From Candidatus Multivoradales bacterium (GTDB taxonomy: Bacteria > Acidobacteriota > Thermoanaerobaculia > Multivoradales > Multivoraceae): 64,000 nucleotides of DNA. Location of the stretch: assembly GCA_965223325.1 (NCBI GenBank), contig CBDCWI010000002.1, forward strand, positions 1,664,001-1,728,000. The letters run 5' to 3'. The first letter of the stretch is position 1; every line of letters begins with the position of its first letter. This document shows positions 50,592-59,321 of this stretch, piece after piece. The notes under the pieces were generated by a model that did not search any database, was not told the origin of the DNA, and saw nothing but the letters and a program-made list of their open reading frames with translations. Position numbers and translations under genes: made by a program.

Positions 50592-51086
50592 ATGCGACTG
50601 CTGATCATCGTTCCCGTCGCCCTGTCGACCCTGCTCGCATCCCTGCCGCCGGCGTACGGACAGGAGCCCGCGAAGGCACCCGCCGCCGGCAACGAGGCAA
50701 CCACTCCGGTTGCACGCCAACCCAACGCGTCGACGCCCCCTCCACCACCTGAGCGCGACCCCGAGGGAAAGTGGTTCTCCGTCGTGCCAGTGATGCTGTG
50801 GTGGGCTGGGCCGAAGAAGCCCCGTTTCAAGGTGTGCACCGACAACGACCTGGGCGAAGGCGTCGGCAAAGGATGCGAGGTTCTCGGAGCTCCCGAGAAC
50901 GTGCGCAGCATTCAGATGCAGTGCGAATGGAACTGTAGTGAGCTCGAGCCCCGCAAACGCGTCGAAGTGCACGGCAAAGTCGTCGGCCAGTTCCTCGTGG
51001 CAACCGAAGCGCGCGAGCCACAACCCCCACCGGCCGAGTCGACCCCAGCCAAAGAAGAGGAAAAGAAGGACCCACCAAAGAGCTGA
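50592..51086 (+). CDS. Hypothetical exported protein with four Cys
   Basis: Signal peptide MRLLIIVPVALSTLLASLPPAYG; Pro-rich flanks around a small Cys-containing core. Confidence 0.6.
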   Translation: MRLLIIVPVALSTLLASLPPAYGQEPAKAPAAGNEATTPVARQPNASTPPPPPERDPEGKWFSVVPVMLWWAGPKKPRFKVCTDNDLGEGVGKGCEVLGAPENVRSIQMQCEWNCSELEPRKRVEVHGKVVGQFLVATEAREPQPPPAESTPAKEEEKKDPPKS

Positions 51087-51333
51087 GACCGCAACGACCT
51101 GGCAGGAAGGTTCGTCGAGGAATCACGGCGCGACCCGTCCCACCACGTCCCTCCTCACCCGGGTCCTGCCCGCCAGGTAGGTGGTAGCCAGCTCCCATCA
51201 CCCACCGCAGATCCTGAAAGCCAAATCAGCGACAACGAAGCCAAGAATCCGCGGCGCGTGCAAGACCAACGAAGGCCGATGACGCAAGAGCAGGGCCAAG
51301 ACCTTCGAAGACAAAAACGCAACGGACCGCTTG

Positions 51334-53243
51334 GATACGCCGGGATAAACCGGCATGGAGAAAGGAATGAGAGAGTCCCACCCTCGAAGGGGTAGCGACC
51401 CAGAGGGTCCCCGAGTCATGCGCCGGCTCCCGCGAGGGTGCGGTGAAGCGTTGACAGGGGCACACACAGGCCGGGTATTGAGCCGCGAAATAAGAATTTG
51501 GGAGTGCCGACGCTGTCAAGCGAAGCGGAAGGCGAGACTCCGTAGCGCGCTATCGCGAGCTCTGCGGCGACTCCCCGCGGTCGTAGACCCTGTGCATGTG
51601 TGGAATCTCCATGCGCGAGAACCGGGAGATCCGCGATCTGGCCAGTTGGGTATCTGGTCCGCATCGGGAAGGCTAGAGGCCGTAAGCCGATGACGCACGG
51701 ATGGCGGAAGTCAGACAGGCCCGTAGTACCTGCGAAGTCGTCGAACAACGGTGGGAGACCAGCGGCGGAGGCGGTGGAGGGAAGGGGCCTGGCCAAGGGG
51801 AACACGGGCAAGCAAAACGCACCCCGGACACAGAGCCGGATGGAGAGTGCGAGCAATGCGCTGGGCCGTGTACGAGAAGCCGCCCGCAGGGGCAAGGAAG
51901 TGAAGTTCACAGCGCTTCTTCACCACATCACGGTCGAGCGACTCCGGAGCGCATTTGACGTGTTGCACCGAGACGCAGCGGCAGGAGTGGACGGAGTGTC
52001 ATGGAGCGAGTACGCAGAATCTTTGCTGAGCAATCTCGAGGACCTGCACTCTCGTGTCCACCGTGGGAGCTACCGGGCGAGTGCGACTCGTCGCGTCTAC
52101 ATCGAGAAATCGGATGGGCGGTTCCGACCGCTTGGCATCGCCACGTTGGAGGACAAGATCCTTCAGCGCGCCGTCGTCTCGGTGTTGGATGCGATCTACG
52201 AGGAAGACTTTCTCGGGTACTCATACGGATTCAGGCGAGGCCGCAGCCAGCACGATGCTTTGGATGCGCTATTCGTTGGAATCACAAAGCGGAAGGTGAA
52301 CTGGGTGCTCGACGCAGACATTCGTGGGTTCTTCGATGCCCTGGACCACGAGTGGCTGGTGAAGTTTCTCGAGCACCGTATCGGAGACCGTAGGATCCTT
52401 CGCCTCATCCAGAAATGGCTGAGGTCCGGAGTGATGGAAGACGGTAAGTGGCACGCGAGCACGCGGGGGACTCCTCAGGGGGCGACGATTTCGCCTCTCC
52501 TCGGGAACGTGTACCTGCACTACGTGCTCGATCTCTGGGTCCAGCAGTGGAGGAAACGCAACGCGCTTGGGGACATGATCTTCGTGCGCTACGCGGATGA
52601 CTTCATCGTTGGATTTGAGAGGCAGGAGGAGGCAGAACGATTCCTCGAGGAACTGAACCTGCGACTCCGTGACTTCTCGTTGGAGATCCAACCCGAGAAG
52701 ACGCGCCTGCTGGAGTTTGGCCGCTTTGCGGCCTACAACCGACGCGCGCGAGGTCTCGGGCGGCCGGAGACCTTCGAGTTTCTAGGCTTTACGCACTGCT
52801 GTGCGCAGTCTAGTCGAGGGAGGTTCTTGCTGAAGCGCATCACGAGCCGCCACCGAATCCGCAGGACACTGAAGGCTGTCGGTACGGCCCTTCTGGGACA
52901 CCGACACTCGCCGCTACCAGAGCAAGGTCTCTGGCTGGGATCCGTGGTGCGAGGCTTCAATGCCTACTACGGCGTACCCGGCAACTCAGCGGCGTTGAAC
53001 GCCTTTCGACAGGAGGTCATTCGGCACTGGATGCGCGCTCTGCGCCGACGCAGTGACAAAGACCGCACGTCCTGGAAACGGATGTGGGCCCTGGTGGCCC
53101 ACTACCTACCCAAAGCCCGAGTCCAACATCCCTGGCCTGATGAGCGACTTGTCGTCAATACCTGAGGCAGGAGCCCAGTGCATTAGCAGTGCACGCTGGG
53201 ATCTGTGCGGGGGGCGCCGGGCAACCGGCGCTCCTACCGCGAT
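51334..53243 (+). mobile_element. Complete group II intron (IIB-like, probably bacterial class E, En-minus)
   Basis: Boundaries defined by comparison with the uninterrupted repeat (CGCTTG|CGCCGC); EBS1 CAAGCG (51517-51522) complementary to IBS1 CGCTTG (51328-51333); domain V at about 53171-53203 with AGC triad; domain VI with bulged A53236; 3' AT end. Confidence 0.93.
51690..53165 (+). CDS. ltrA: Group II intron reverse transcriptase/maturase
   Basis: RPLGIATLEDKILQ, SYGFRRGRSQHDA, VLDADIRGFFD, GTPQGATISPLLGNVYLH, RYADD, FEFLGF, domain X; no HNH endonuclease. Confidence 0.95.
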   Translation: MTHGWRKSDRPVVPAKSSNNGGRPAAEAVEGRGLAKGNTGKQNAPRTQSRMESASNALGRVREAARRGKEVKFTALLHHITVERLRSAFDVLHRDAAAGVDGVSWSEYAESLLSNLEDLHSRVHRGSYRASATRRVYIEKSDGRFRPLGIATLEDKILQRAVVSVLDAIYEEDFLGYSYGFRRGRSQHDALDALFVGITKRKVNWVLDADIRGFFDALDHEWLVKFLEHRIGDRRILRLIQKWLRSGVMEDGKWHASTRGTPQGATISPLLGNVYLHYVLDLWVQQWRKRNALGDMIFVRYADDFIVGFERQEEAERFLEELNLRLRDFSLEIQPEKTRLLEFGRFAAYNRRARGLGRPETFEFLGFTHCCAQSSRGRFLLKRITSRHRIRRTLKAVGTALLGHRHSPLPEQGLWLGSVVRGFNAYYGVPGNSAALNAFRQEVIRHWMRALRRRSDKDRTSWKRMWALVAHYLPKARVQHPWPDERLVVNT

Positions 53244-53764
53244 CGCCGCAAGAGTCGTTCTCACCCGGATCCTGCCCGCCAGGTAGGTGGTAGCCAACTC
53301 CCATCACCCACCCCAGATCCTGAAAGCCAAATCAGCGACAACGAAGCCAAGAATCCGCGGCGTGCGCAAGACCACCGAAGGCCGATGACGCAAGAGCAGC
53401 GCCAAGACCTTCGAAGACAAGAAAAAACGCAACGGACCGCTTGCGCCGCAAGAGTCGCTCTCACCCGGATCCTGCCCGCCAGGTAGGTGGTAGCCAACTC
53501 CCATCACCCACCGCAGATCCTGAAAGCCAAATCAGCGACAACGAAGCCAAGAATCCGCGGCGTGCGCAAGACCACCGAAGGCCGATGACGCAAGAGCAGG
53601 GCCAAGACCTTCGAAGACAAAAAACGCAACGGACCGCTTGCGCCGCAAGAGTGATTCTAGCGTGACCTGTGGTAACGACTCCCCGCTATCGCCAGAAAGC
53701 AACCCCAACCGCACCGCTCACCAACCCAGGCACACCCCACCGGCGGCCGCTACCACAGGTCACG

Positions 53765-56050
53765 CTAGAGCTCGAGGTCGCCGTGCCCGAAGACGATGTC
53801 GAGTCGATTGCCGTTGATGATGAACTTCTGAAGTCGCATCGAAGAGTCCGACAGATCGGCAACGATGTGGATCTCGTTGATGCCCTTGCCGACATGGAAC
53901 CCGGTCCGCAAGCGGCCGACGTGGGTCGAACCGACTTCGACCATGCCAGCACCGTAGGGAGCCTCGACGCCGAGAATGCGAATCAACTCGCGGGGGGGAT
54001 CGGCGAGTCGTAGATGGCGGGTGTTGGTTGGCGTGATCCCACCATCAGCCCAGATCTGCACGATCGTGTTGTCACCTTCGGTATCGATGGTGATGTTCTC
54101 GACCCTTGAAAGGACCGGCATCGTGCGCGTCGTTCGATCTTCGATGGCCACCTCACCACCGTCCTGCATCAAGCTGAGCAAGGTTGGCACTCCGTCGTCG
54201 TCGAGACCGACCGTGTCGACAAGTGCTGTGTCGGCAAGCTCCCGGCCATCGTCACCTGCAATGTTCGAGACGTACCTTTTGCCGAGGAAGATCACGGCCA
54301 CACCGACTGCGATCAGCAGCAGGGTGACGATGAAGAACAAAGAGCGGCTCCGCGGACTGTTCTCCTGCGGAAGAGGTTCGAAGCCGCTTGGCACGAACTC
54401 TTCAACGGGTGTCGGTTCAATGCGCGGCAACATGCCGGTGCTGAGGACATCCTCGGTTTCTGGCACCGGTGCCTGCTGTGTCACCTCGGGGCCGAAGTCA
54501 CCGGGCGACCGAGCCTGGTGCTGGCCGGTGTCGCGCGCTAGCTTCTCGCGCAGGAGCAGCTCTTCGGTGCGCATGCGATCGGTTTCGAGCTGTGCGGTGG
54601 CAACCCGCAACGGAGACGTCGACATGTGAGGACTACGCGCTGGCTGCGGCACCGGGTCGGGAATCGGAACCGGCGGTTCACTCGGGCGTGAAGGCAACGG
54701 TTCGTCGAGCTCGTCAGGGATGTCGAAGGCCGGCATCTCCTCGCCCACTCCAGGGTCGTCGGGTCGCCTTGCGTGGGGATCGAAGTACGAGGCGACCGAG
54801 TCGGTTTCGCCGTAGCCCGGGCCAGGATCGATCGGGGCGGAGTCGAGCAGCCCGTCGTCCATCAGTCCGGGTTCATTGAGCGCTGCGTCCAAGGCGCTCG
54901 AGTCTTCGAATTCAGAATCATCGAGCAACGACTCGTGGACGGAAAAGTCGTCTTGCAAAGCAGGTTCGGGCGACGCCTCCGGCACCGGCGCGGCTACCGG
55001 CGCTGCGGGCGCTGCTGGCGGTGGAACCGCTGCTGCCGTTTCGGTGTCGATCGCTCCGGTGGCTTCGTCGCTGAGCTCCCAGAGCTCTGCGCCGAGGGCC
55101 ATGCTGAAGTCGTCGGCAGACGTTGCCTCTTCTTCCGTCGGTGGAGCAGCAGGCAGGCCGGCCGCCGCCGCTGGCTGGGCAGGCGGGGCCTCTGTTTGGC
55201 TTTCGCCCGACAGAGCCGAGAGAGCCTGATCCGCCGTCGGACTACGCGACGACGGACTGCTTGCTGGCACATCGAGGCCGGGCGCAAAGTCGCCCTGCGC
55301 TTCGATAGCGCTCAGGCCCTCCGGCGGTGCCTCTGCCGCAACATCGAAACCATCGTTGATCCCTGTCGCCACGACATCCTCGACCACCTCTTGCTGGCTC
55401 GGCGCGGGCTTAACGGACGACATGCCAGTCTCGCCCAGAAAGGCGGCGATCTCTTCGCGCGACATCGGTGGCGGGTCGACGCGAGGTTCGAGCTCGAGGG
55501 CCTCCGCCGCCGCAGCCTCGGCCGCGGTCGGCTCAGCGGGAGGTGACTCAGCCACCGGCTCGCGTGGGGCGGCCGGCTTCGGCTGCTCCACGGCGACTGG
55601 TTTCGCCACGCTCATGGCACCAGTACGAGGCGCGGTTTCGCTGCCCTCGAGTTTGAAGGGCTTACCCCCCTCCTTGATGAAGTTGCTGACGATCTTGTTG
55701 ATCAACAACTCGCTGTCTTTATCGACCCAGTCGAAGCGCACGCCCATTCCGGCTGGCAGCGACGGCGAGAGATTCTCGTTGCGCGACCACACGACCGTTC
55801 CCTGGCCGCGGATCAGGGTGTACTCGTCTTCGAGGCGAAACATCACCGCCAGGGCCGTCCCCTTGGGGAGTGGCTTGTCAGTCGCCAGGAATACTCCGCC
55901 GCGCGAGATGTTCGAACGGAACCGATCGAGGAACCCCACGAAGTCGTCGACGACGACCTCGAGGTACTCGGGAACGGGAACGCGCAGCTGATCGGGATCC
56001 AGCTCGCGGCGGTTACCGGCACCGACGTAGATTTTGACTTCGGGCTCCAA
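53765..56050 (-). CDS. PilZ-like (TIGR02266-type) domain protein with long acidic/Pro-rich linker, TM helix and AMIN-like C-terminal domain
   Basis: SNISRGGVFL, GTVVWSR, GMGVRF; TM LFFIVTLLLIAVGVAVIFL; LADPPRELIRI..VGRLRTGFH..IVADL. Confidence 0.75.
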   Translation of the reverse strand: MEPEVKIYVGAGNRRELDPDQLRVPVPEYLEVVVDDFVGFLDRFRSNISRGGVFLATDKPLPKGTALAVMFRLEDEYTLIRGQGTVVWSRNENLSPSLPAGMGVRFDWVDKDSELLINKIVSNFIKEGGKPFKLEGSETAPRTGAMSVAKPVAVEQPKPAAPREPVAESPPAEPTAAEAAAAEALELEPRVDPPPMSREEIAAFLGETGMSSVKPAPSQQEVVEDVVATGINDGFDVAAEAPPEGLSAIEAQGDFAPGLDVPASSPSSRSPTADQALSALSGESQTEAPPAQPAAAAGLPAAPPTEEEATSADDFSMALGAELWELSDEATGAIDTETAAAVPPPAAPAAPVAAPVPEASPEPALQDDFSVHESLLDDSEFEDSSALDAALNEPGLMDDGLLDSAPIDPGPGYGETDSVASYFDPHARRPDDPGVGEEMPAFDIPDELDEPLPSRPSEPPVPIPDPVPQPARSPHMSTSPLRVATAQLETDRMRTEELLLREKLARDTGQHQARSPGDFGPEVTQQAPVPETEDVLSTGMLPRIEPTPVEEFVPSGFEPLPQENSPRSRSLFFIVTLLLIAVGVAVIFLGKRYVSNIAGDDGRELADTALVDTVGLDDDGVPTLLSLMQDGGEVAIEDRTTRTMPVLSRVENITIDTEGDNTIVQIWADGGITPTNTRHLRLADPPRELIRILGVEAPYGAGMVEVGSTHVGRLRTGFHVGKGINEIHIVADLSDSSMRLQKFIINGNRLDIVFGHGDLEL

Positions 56051-56341
56051 GGAGTTCAGATCTCTTGGCTAGGAGCTGAGAGGCCCCGCGGACGCGGTGC
56101 TTTGGCTTCTCGACTGGAGAATGGGAAAGGAAAGTGCTGGAAGGCGCGGCACGCCACATACGGCCAGACACCGCAACCGAGCCGGACCACGCCCGACTCT
56201 CGTTAATCGACAAATTCTAGCATTTCTCAAGAAGGAGATCCAGCCAGATCGGTCGTCTATACTCCGCTCCCCTTGATCTCCTCAGAAGTTCAGGCCCACT
56301 GGCCCCCGGGGACAGAGCGGCCAACGGTCCTCGAGTGAACC

Positions 56342-57571
56342 ATGACTGACCCCAGACCGCCAAAGCCGCCGTCCACCGAGAGCGAAGTCGACAGCCTCCA
56401 GGACCTGCAAGCGGCTCGCGAGGCCATCGAAACGGTGGATCGGCAGCTCATGGAGCTCTTTCGCGAGCGGATGCAGATCGTCGAAAGCGTCGCGTCGGCC
56501 AAGGTCGAGGCCGCCTACCCGTTTCGGGACCAGTTCCGTGAGGAACAGGTGCTCAGGCGCGTCCGCCAAACCGCCACCGAAATGGACCTCGACGCCCACC
56601 AGATGGAAGCCCTTTTCCGCTCCATCATGGAAATGGCCATTCACCACCAGCAGGCCTTCATCAAGCGCCTGCCGACCACCCCTCTGCGGGTCGCCTACCA
56701 GGGCGTCGAAGGTTCGTTCAGCCACCTCACCGCGCAGCGCCACTACCGCGGCCTCGGCAAGCCGATCCTTCTCACCGGCTTCGAGACCTTCCGCGAAGCT
56801 GCTGAAAGCGTGCGCACCGGCACCGACGACATGGCTCTTCTGCCGATCGAGAACAGCACCGCCGGCAGCATCAACGAGACCTACGACCTGCTCGCCGAGG
56901 GTGGACTGACCATCAATGCCGAAGCCATCAGCCGAGTCTCCCACTGCCTACTCGGCCTCGCGGGCGCCAAGGTCGAGAGCCTGCGCGCGGTGATTTCCCA
57001 CCCCCAGGCACTCCTGCAGTGCGAGGACTTCTTGCGCAGCCATCCACACATTCGCTCGCGCGCCGAGTTCGACACCGCCGGCGCCGCCCGCAAGGTCAAG
57101 GAGCAACGCGACCCGACCCTGGCAGCCATCGCCAGCGAGTCGGCAGCCCGGGTCTTCGCCCTCGAAGTCATCGAGCGCGATATCCAGACCCAGGCCAGCA
57201 ACTTCACCCGCTTCGTCGAAGTCGCCCGCGAGCCTGCCACCTGCCCCCCCGAGGTGCCGTGCAAGACCTCGCTCCTCCTCGCCACCGGCCATCGTCCCGG
57301 AGACCTCGCCGACGTCCTGCGCCATTTCGCCAGCCGCACCATCAACCTGACCAAGCTCGAATCACGCCCCGTACCCGACCGCCCCTTTCAGTACCAGTTC
57401 TACCTCGACCTCGAAGGCCACGCCAACTCCGCCGCGCTGGTCGATGCCCTCGACGCGATCAAAGAGCACACCCGCGAGCTGCGCATCCTCGGCACCTACC
57501 CAAGTGCGGCCGACGCGATCTCACCAACCGGCGACGCCGAAGCCCCCAGGAAGGCGCCTGAAGCGGAATGA
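56342..57571 (+). CDS. pheA: Bifunctional chorismate mutase/prephenate dehydratase
   Basis: AroQ-like N-terminus; YQGVEGSFS, PIENSTAG, SHPQAL, NFTRF, LTKLESRP. Confidence 0.93.
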   Translation: MTDPRPPKPPSTESEVDSLQDLQAAREAIETVDRQLMELFRERMQIVESVASAKVEAAYPFRDQFREEQVLRRVRQTATEMDLDAHQMEALFRSIMEMAIHHQQAFIKRLPTTPLRVAYQGVEGSFSHLTAQRHYRGLGKPILLTGFETFREAAESVRTGTDDMALLPIENSTAGSINETYDLLAEGGLTINAEAISRVSHCLLGLAGAKVESLRAVISHPQALLQCEDFLRSHPHIRSRAEFDTAGAARKVKEQRDPTLAAIASESAARVFALEVIERDIQTQASNFTRFVEVAREPATCPPEVPCKTSLLLATGHRPGDLADVLRHFASRTINLTKLESRPVPDRPFQYQFYLDLEGHANSAALVDALDAIKEHTRELRILGTYPSAADAISPTGDAEAPRKAPEAE

Positions 57572-58782
57572 CCACCAGCCCAGACTTCGACGTCGCCATC
57601 ATCGGCGCCGGAATCGTCGGGCTCGCAACAGCACTCGAGCTCACCGCAAGAACCGCCGCCAGGGTCGGCGTTTTCGAAACCGAGAAGACGCCCGCCGCCC
57701 ACCAGACCGGCCACAACAGCGGCGTCATCCACTCCGGCCTCTACTACGCCCCGGGCTCGAGCAAAGCCCGCAACTGCGTCGCCGGCCGCAGAGAGCTGCT
57801 ACGGCTATGCCAGGAAGAAGGCATCCCGTACGAACTGTGCGGCAAGCTGGTCATCGCCACCGATCCCTCCGAGCTCCCGCGCCTCGACGAGCTAGAACGC
57901 CGCGGTCGCGCCAACGGTCTACAGGGTCTGGAACGCCTGGACAGCGAAGGCATCAAGACCCACGAACCGCACGCCGCCGGCATCGCCGCACTCTGGGTCC
58001 CAGAAACCGGAATCATCGACTACACACACGTCGCCCAGGCCTACGCCAGGCGAGTCGAAGCCAACCAGGGGAGCGTAGCCCTGGGTGAACAAGTCACCGG
58101 CATCAAGGTCACCCAGGAGGAAGTACGCCTGACCACCCAGGCCACCACCTACCGCAGCCGCTACCTCATCAACTGCGGCGGCCTACAAAGCGACCGCATC
58201 GCAAGAATGGCAGGCCACTCCCCCACCGTCCGGATCGTGCCCTTCCGCGGCGAGTACTTCGACCTACGCCCGGAACGAAAGTCCCTTCTCCGCGGCCTCA
58301 TCTACCCCGTCCCCGACCCGCGCTTCCCCTTCCTGGGCGTCCACCTGACAAGAAGAATCGACCAAACCGTAGAAGCCGGCCCCAACGCCGTCCTCGCCTT
58401 TCACCGCGAAGGCTACAAACGCCCCGCGGTCAACCTCAGAGACACCCTCTCCACCCTCCTCTGGCCAGGCACCTGGCGCCTCGCCGCCCGCTACTGGCGC
58501 ATAGGCCTGGGCGAGTACCTGCGCGCCGGCAGCAGAAAAACCTTTGCCCGCGCCCTCCAACGCTTCGTCCCCGAGATCCAGAAAGAAGACCTGACGCCTG
58601 GCAACTGCGGCATCCGCGCCCAGGCTCTAGACAGAACCGGCCGTCTCCTCGACGACTTCGAACTCAACACCGGCTCCCGCACCCTGCACGTCCTCAACGC
58701 CCCCTCCCCGGCAGCCACCGCATCCCTGGCCATAGGAAGAGAACTAGCAGAGCGCGCCAAAAAGGACTGGAGCCTGAAGTAG
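57568..58782 (+). CDS. lhgO: L-2-hydroxyglutarate oxidase
   Basis: GAGIVG, HQTGHNSGVIHSGLYY, PFRGEY, IYPVPDPRFPFLGVH, NAPSPAAT. Confidence 0.92.
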   Translation: MTTSPDFDVAIIGAGIVGLATALELTARTAARVGVFETEKTPAAHQTGHNSGVIHSGLYYAPGSSKARNCVAGRRELLRLCQEEGIPYELCGKLVIATDPSELPRLDELERRGRANGLQGLERLDSEGIKTHEPHAAGIAALWVPETGIIDYTHVAQAYARRVEANQGSVALGEQVTGIKVTQEEVRLTTQATTYRSRYLINCGGLQSDRIARMAGHSPTVRIVPFRGEYFDLRPERKSLLRGLIYPVPDPRFPFLGVHLTRRIDQTVEAGPNAVLAFHREGYKRPAVNLRDTLSTLLWPGTWRLAARYWRIGLGEYLRAGSRKTFARALQRFVPEIQKEDLTPGNCGIRAQALDRTGRLLDDFELNTGSRTLHVLNAPSPAATASLAIGRELAERAKKDWSLK

Positions 58783-58800
58783 CAACAAACAGCCCCGAGG

Positions 58801-58880
58801 AATCCCAGATCCACCCCAGTCAATTGCCCGGGAAACGCCCGGGGAATGCCCGGGGAACGCCCGGGCCCGGCGCGGGAGGC
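58801..58880 (+). repeat. 11-mer (AATGCCCGGGG) element, 4 units
   Basis: AATCCCAGATCCACCCCAGTCA followed by 4 units, then GGCGCGGGAGGC. Confidence 0.9.
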
Positions 58881-59057
58881 TCTGGACAGAAACCGGCCGC
58901 CTCCTCGACGACTTCGAACTCAACACCGGCCCCCGGCACCCTGCACGTCCTCAACGCCCCCTCCCCAGCAGCCACTGCCTCTCTGGCCATAGGAAGAGAA
59001 CCAGCAGAGCGCGCCAAAAAGGACTGGAGCCTGAAGTAGCAACAAACGGCCCCGAGG

Positions 59058-59149
59058 AATCCCAGATCCACCCCAGTCAATTGCCCGGGGAATGCCCGGG
59101 GAATGCCCGGGAAACGCCCGGGGAATGCCCGGGCTCGGCGCGGGAGGCG
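59058..59149 (+). repeat. 11-mer (AATGCCCGGGG) element, 5 units
   Basis: Same flanks as the 58801 copy, 5 units. Confidence 0.9.
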
Positions 59150-59321
59150 CATGGCCCCGGTTCCCACCCGGCCCGCTCCCAGACCCAACCCCAGTCCCAG
59201 AGCGAGTCCCCGGCCCAACCCAACGTCACCTCGCGCCACGACACACCAAGCACGTCACGCAGCAACGTAACCCAGCGAAAGTAGCCCAGCGCTCTCCAAC
59301 GACCGACCGTCAGTCAGTCGG

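Larger units (their letters stand above)
51154..53652. repeat. Three tandem ~200-bp non-coding repeat units; unit 1 interrupted by the intron
   Basis: Unit 1 = 51154-51333 + 53244-53259, unit 2 = 53260-53459, unit 3 = 53460-53652; near-identical CTCACCCGGATCCTGCCCGCCAGGTAGGTGG...AACGGACCGCTTGCGCCGCAAGAGT. Confidence 0.95.
58622..59149 (+). repeat. Tandem duplication (~257-270 bp) of the lhgO 3' end plus the downstream 11-mer element
   Basis: 58622-58880 repeated at 58877-59149 with a few substitutions, two 1-nt insertions and one extra 11-mer; second TAG at 59037-59039. Confidence 0.93.

Noticed and set aside
51154-53652. CRISPR array, or a stand-alone RT with its own repeat array (retron or defence RT)
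   Set aside because: Units are ~200 bp with no unique spacers and no cas genes; the RT lies within a recognisable group II ribozyme that interrupts a repeat unit, so insertion is the simpler explanation
58622-59039. Diversity-generating retroelement TR/VR pair (gene 3' end repeated, RT 6 kb away)
   Set aside because: Differences are not adenine-specific on either strand, the target is a housekeeping oxidase, and the RT is a typical intron maturase inside a full intron
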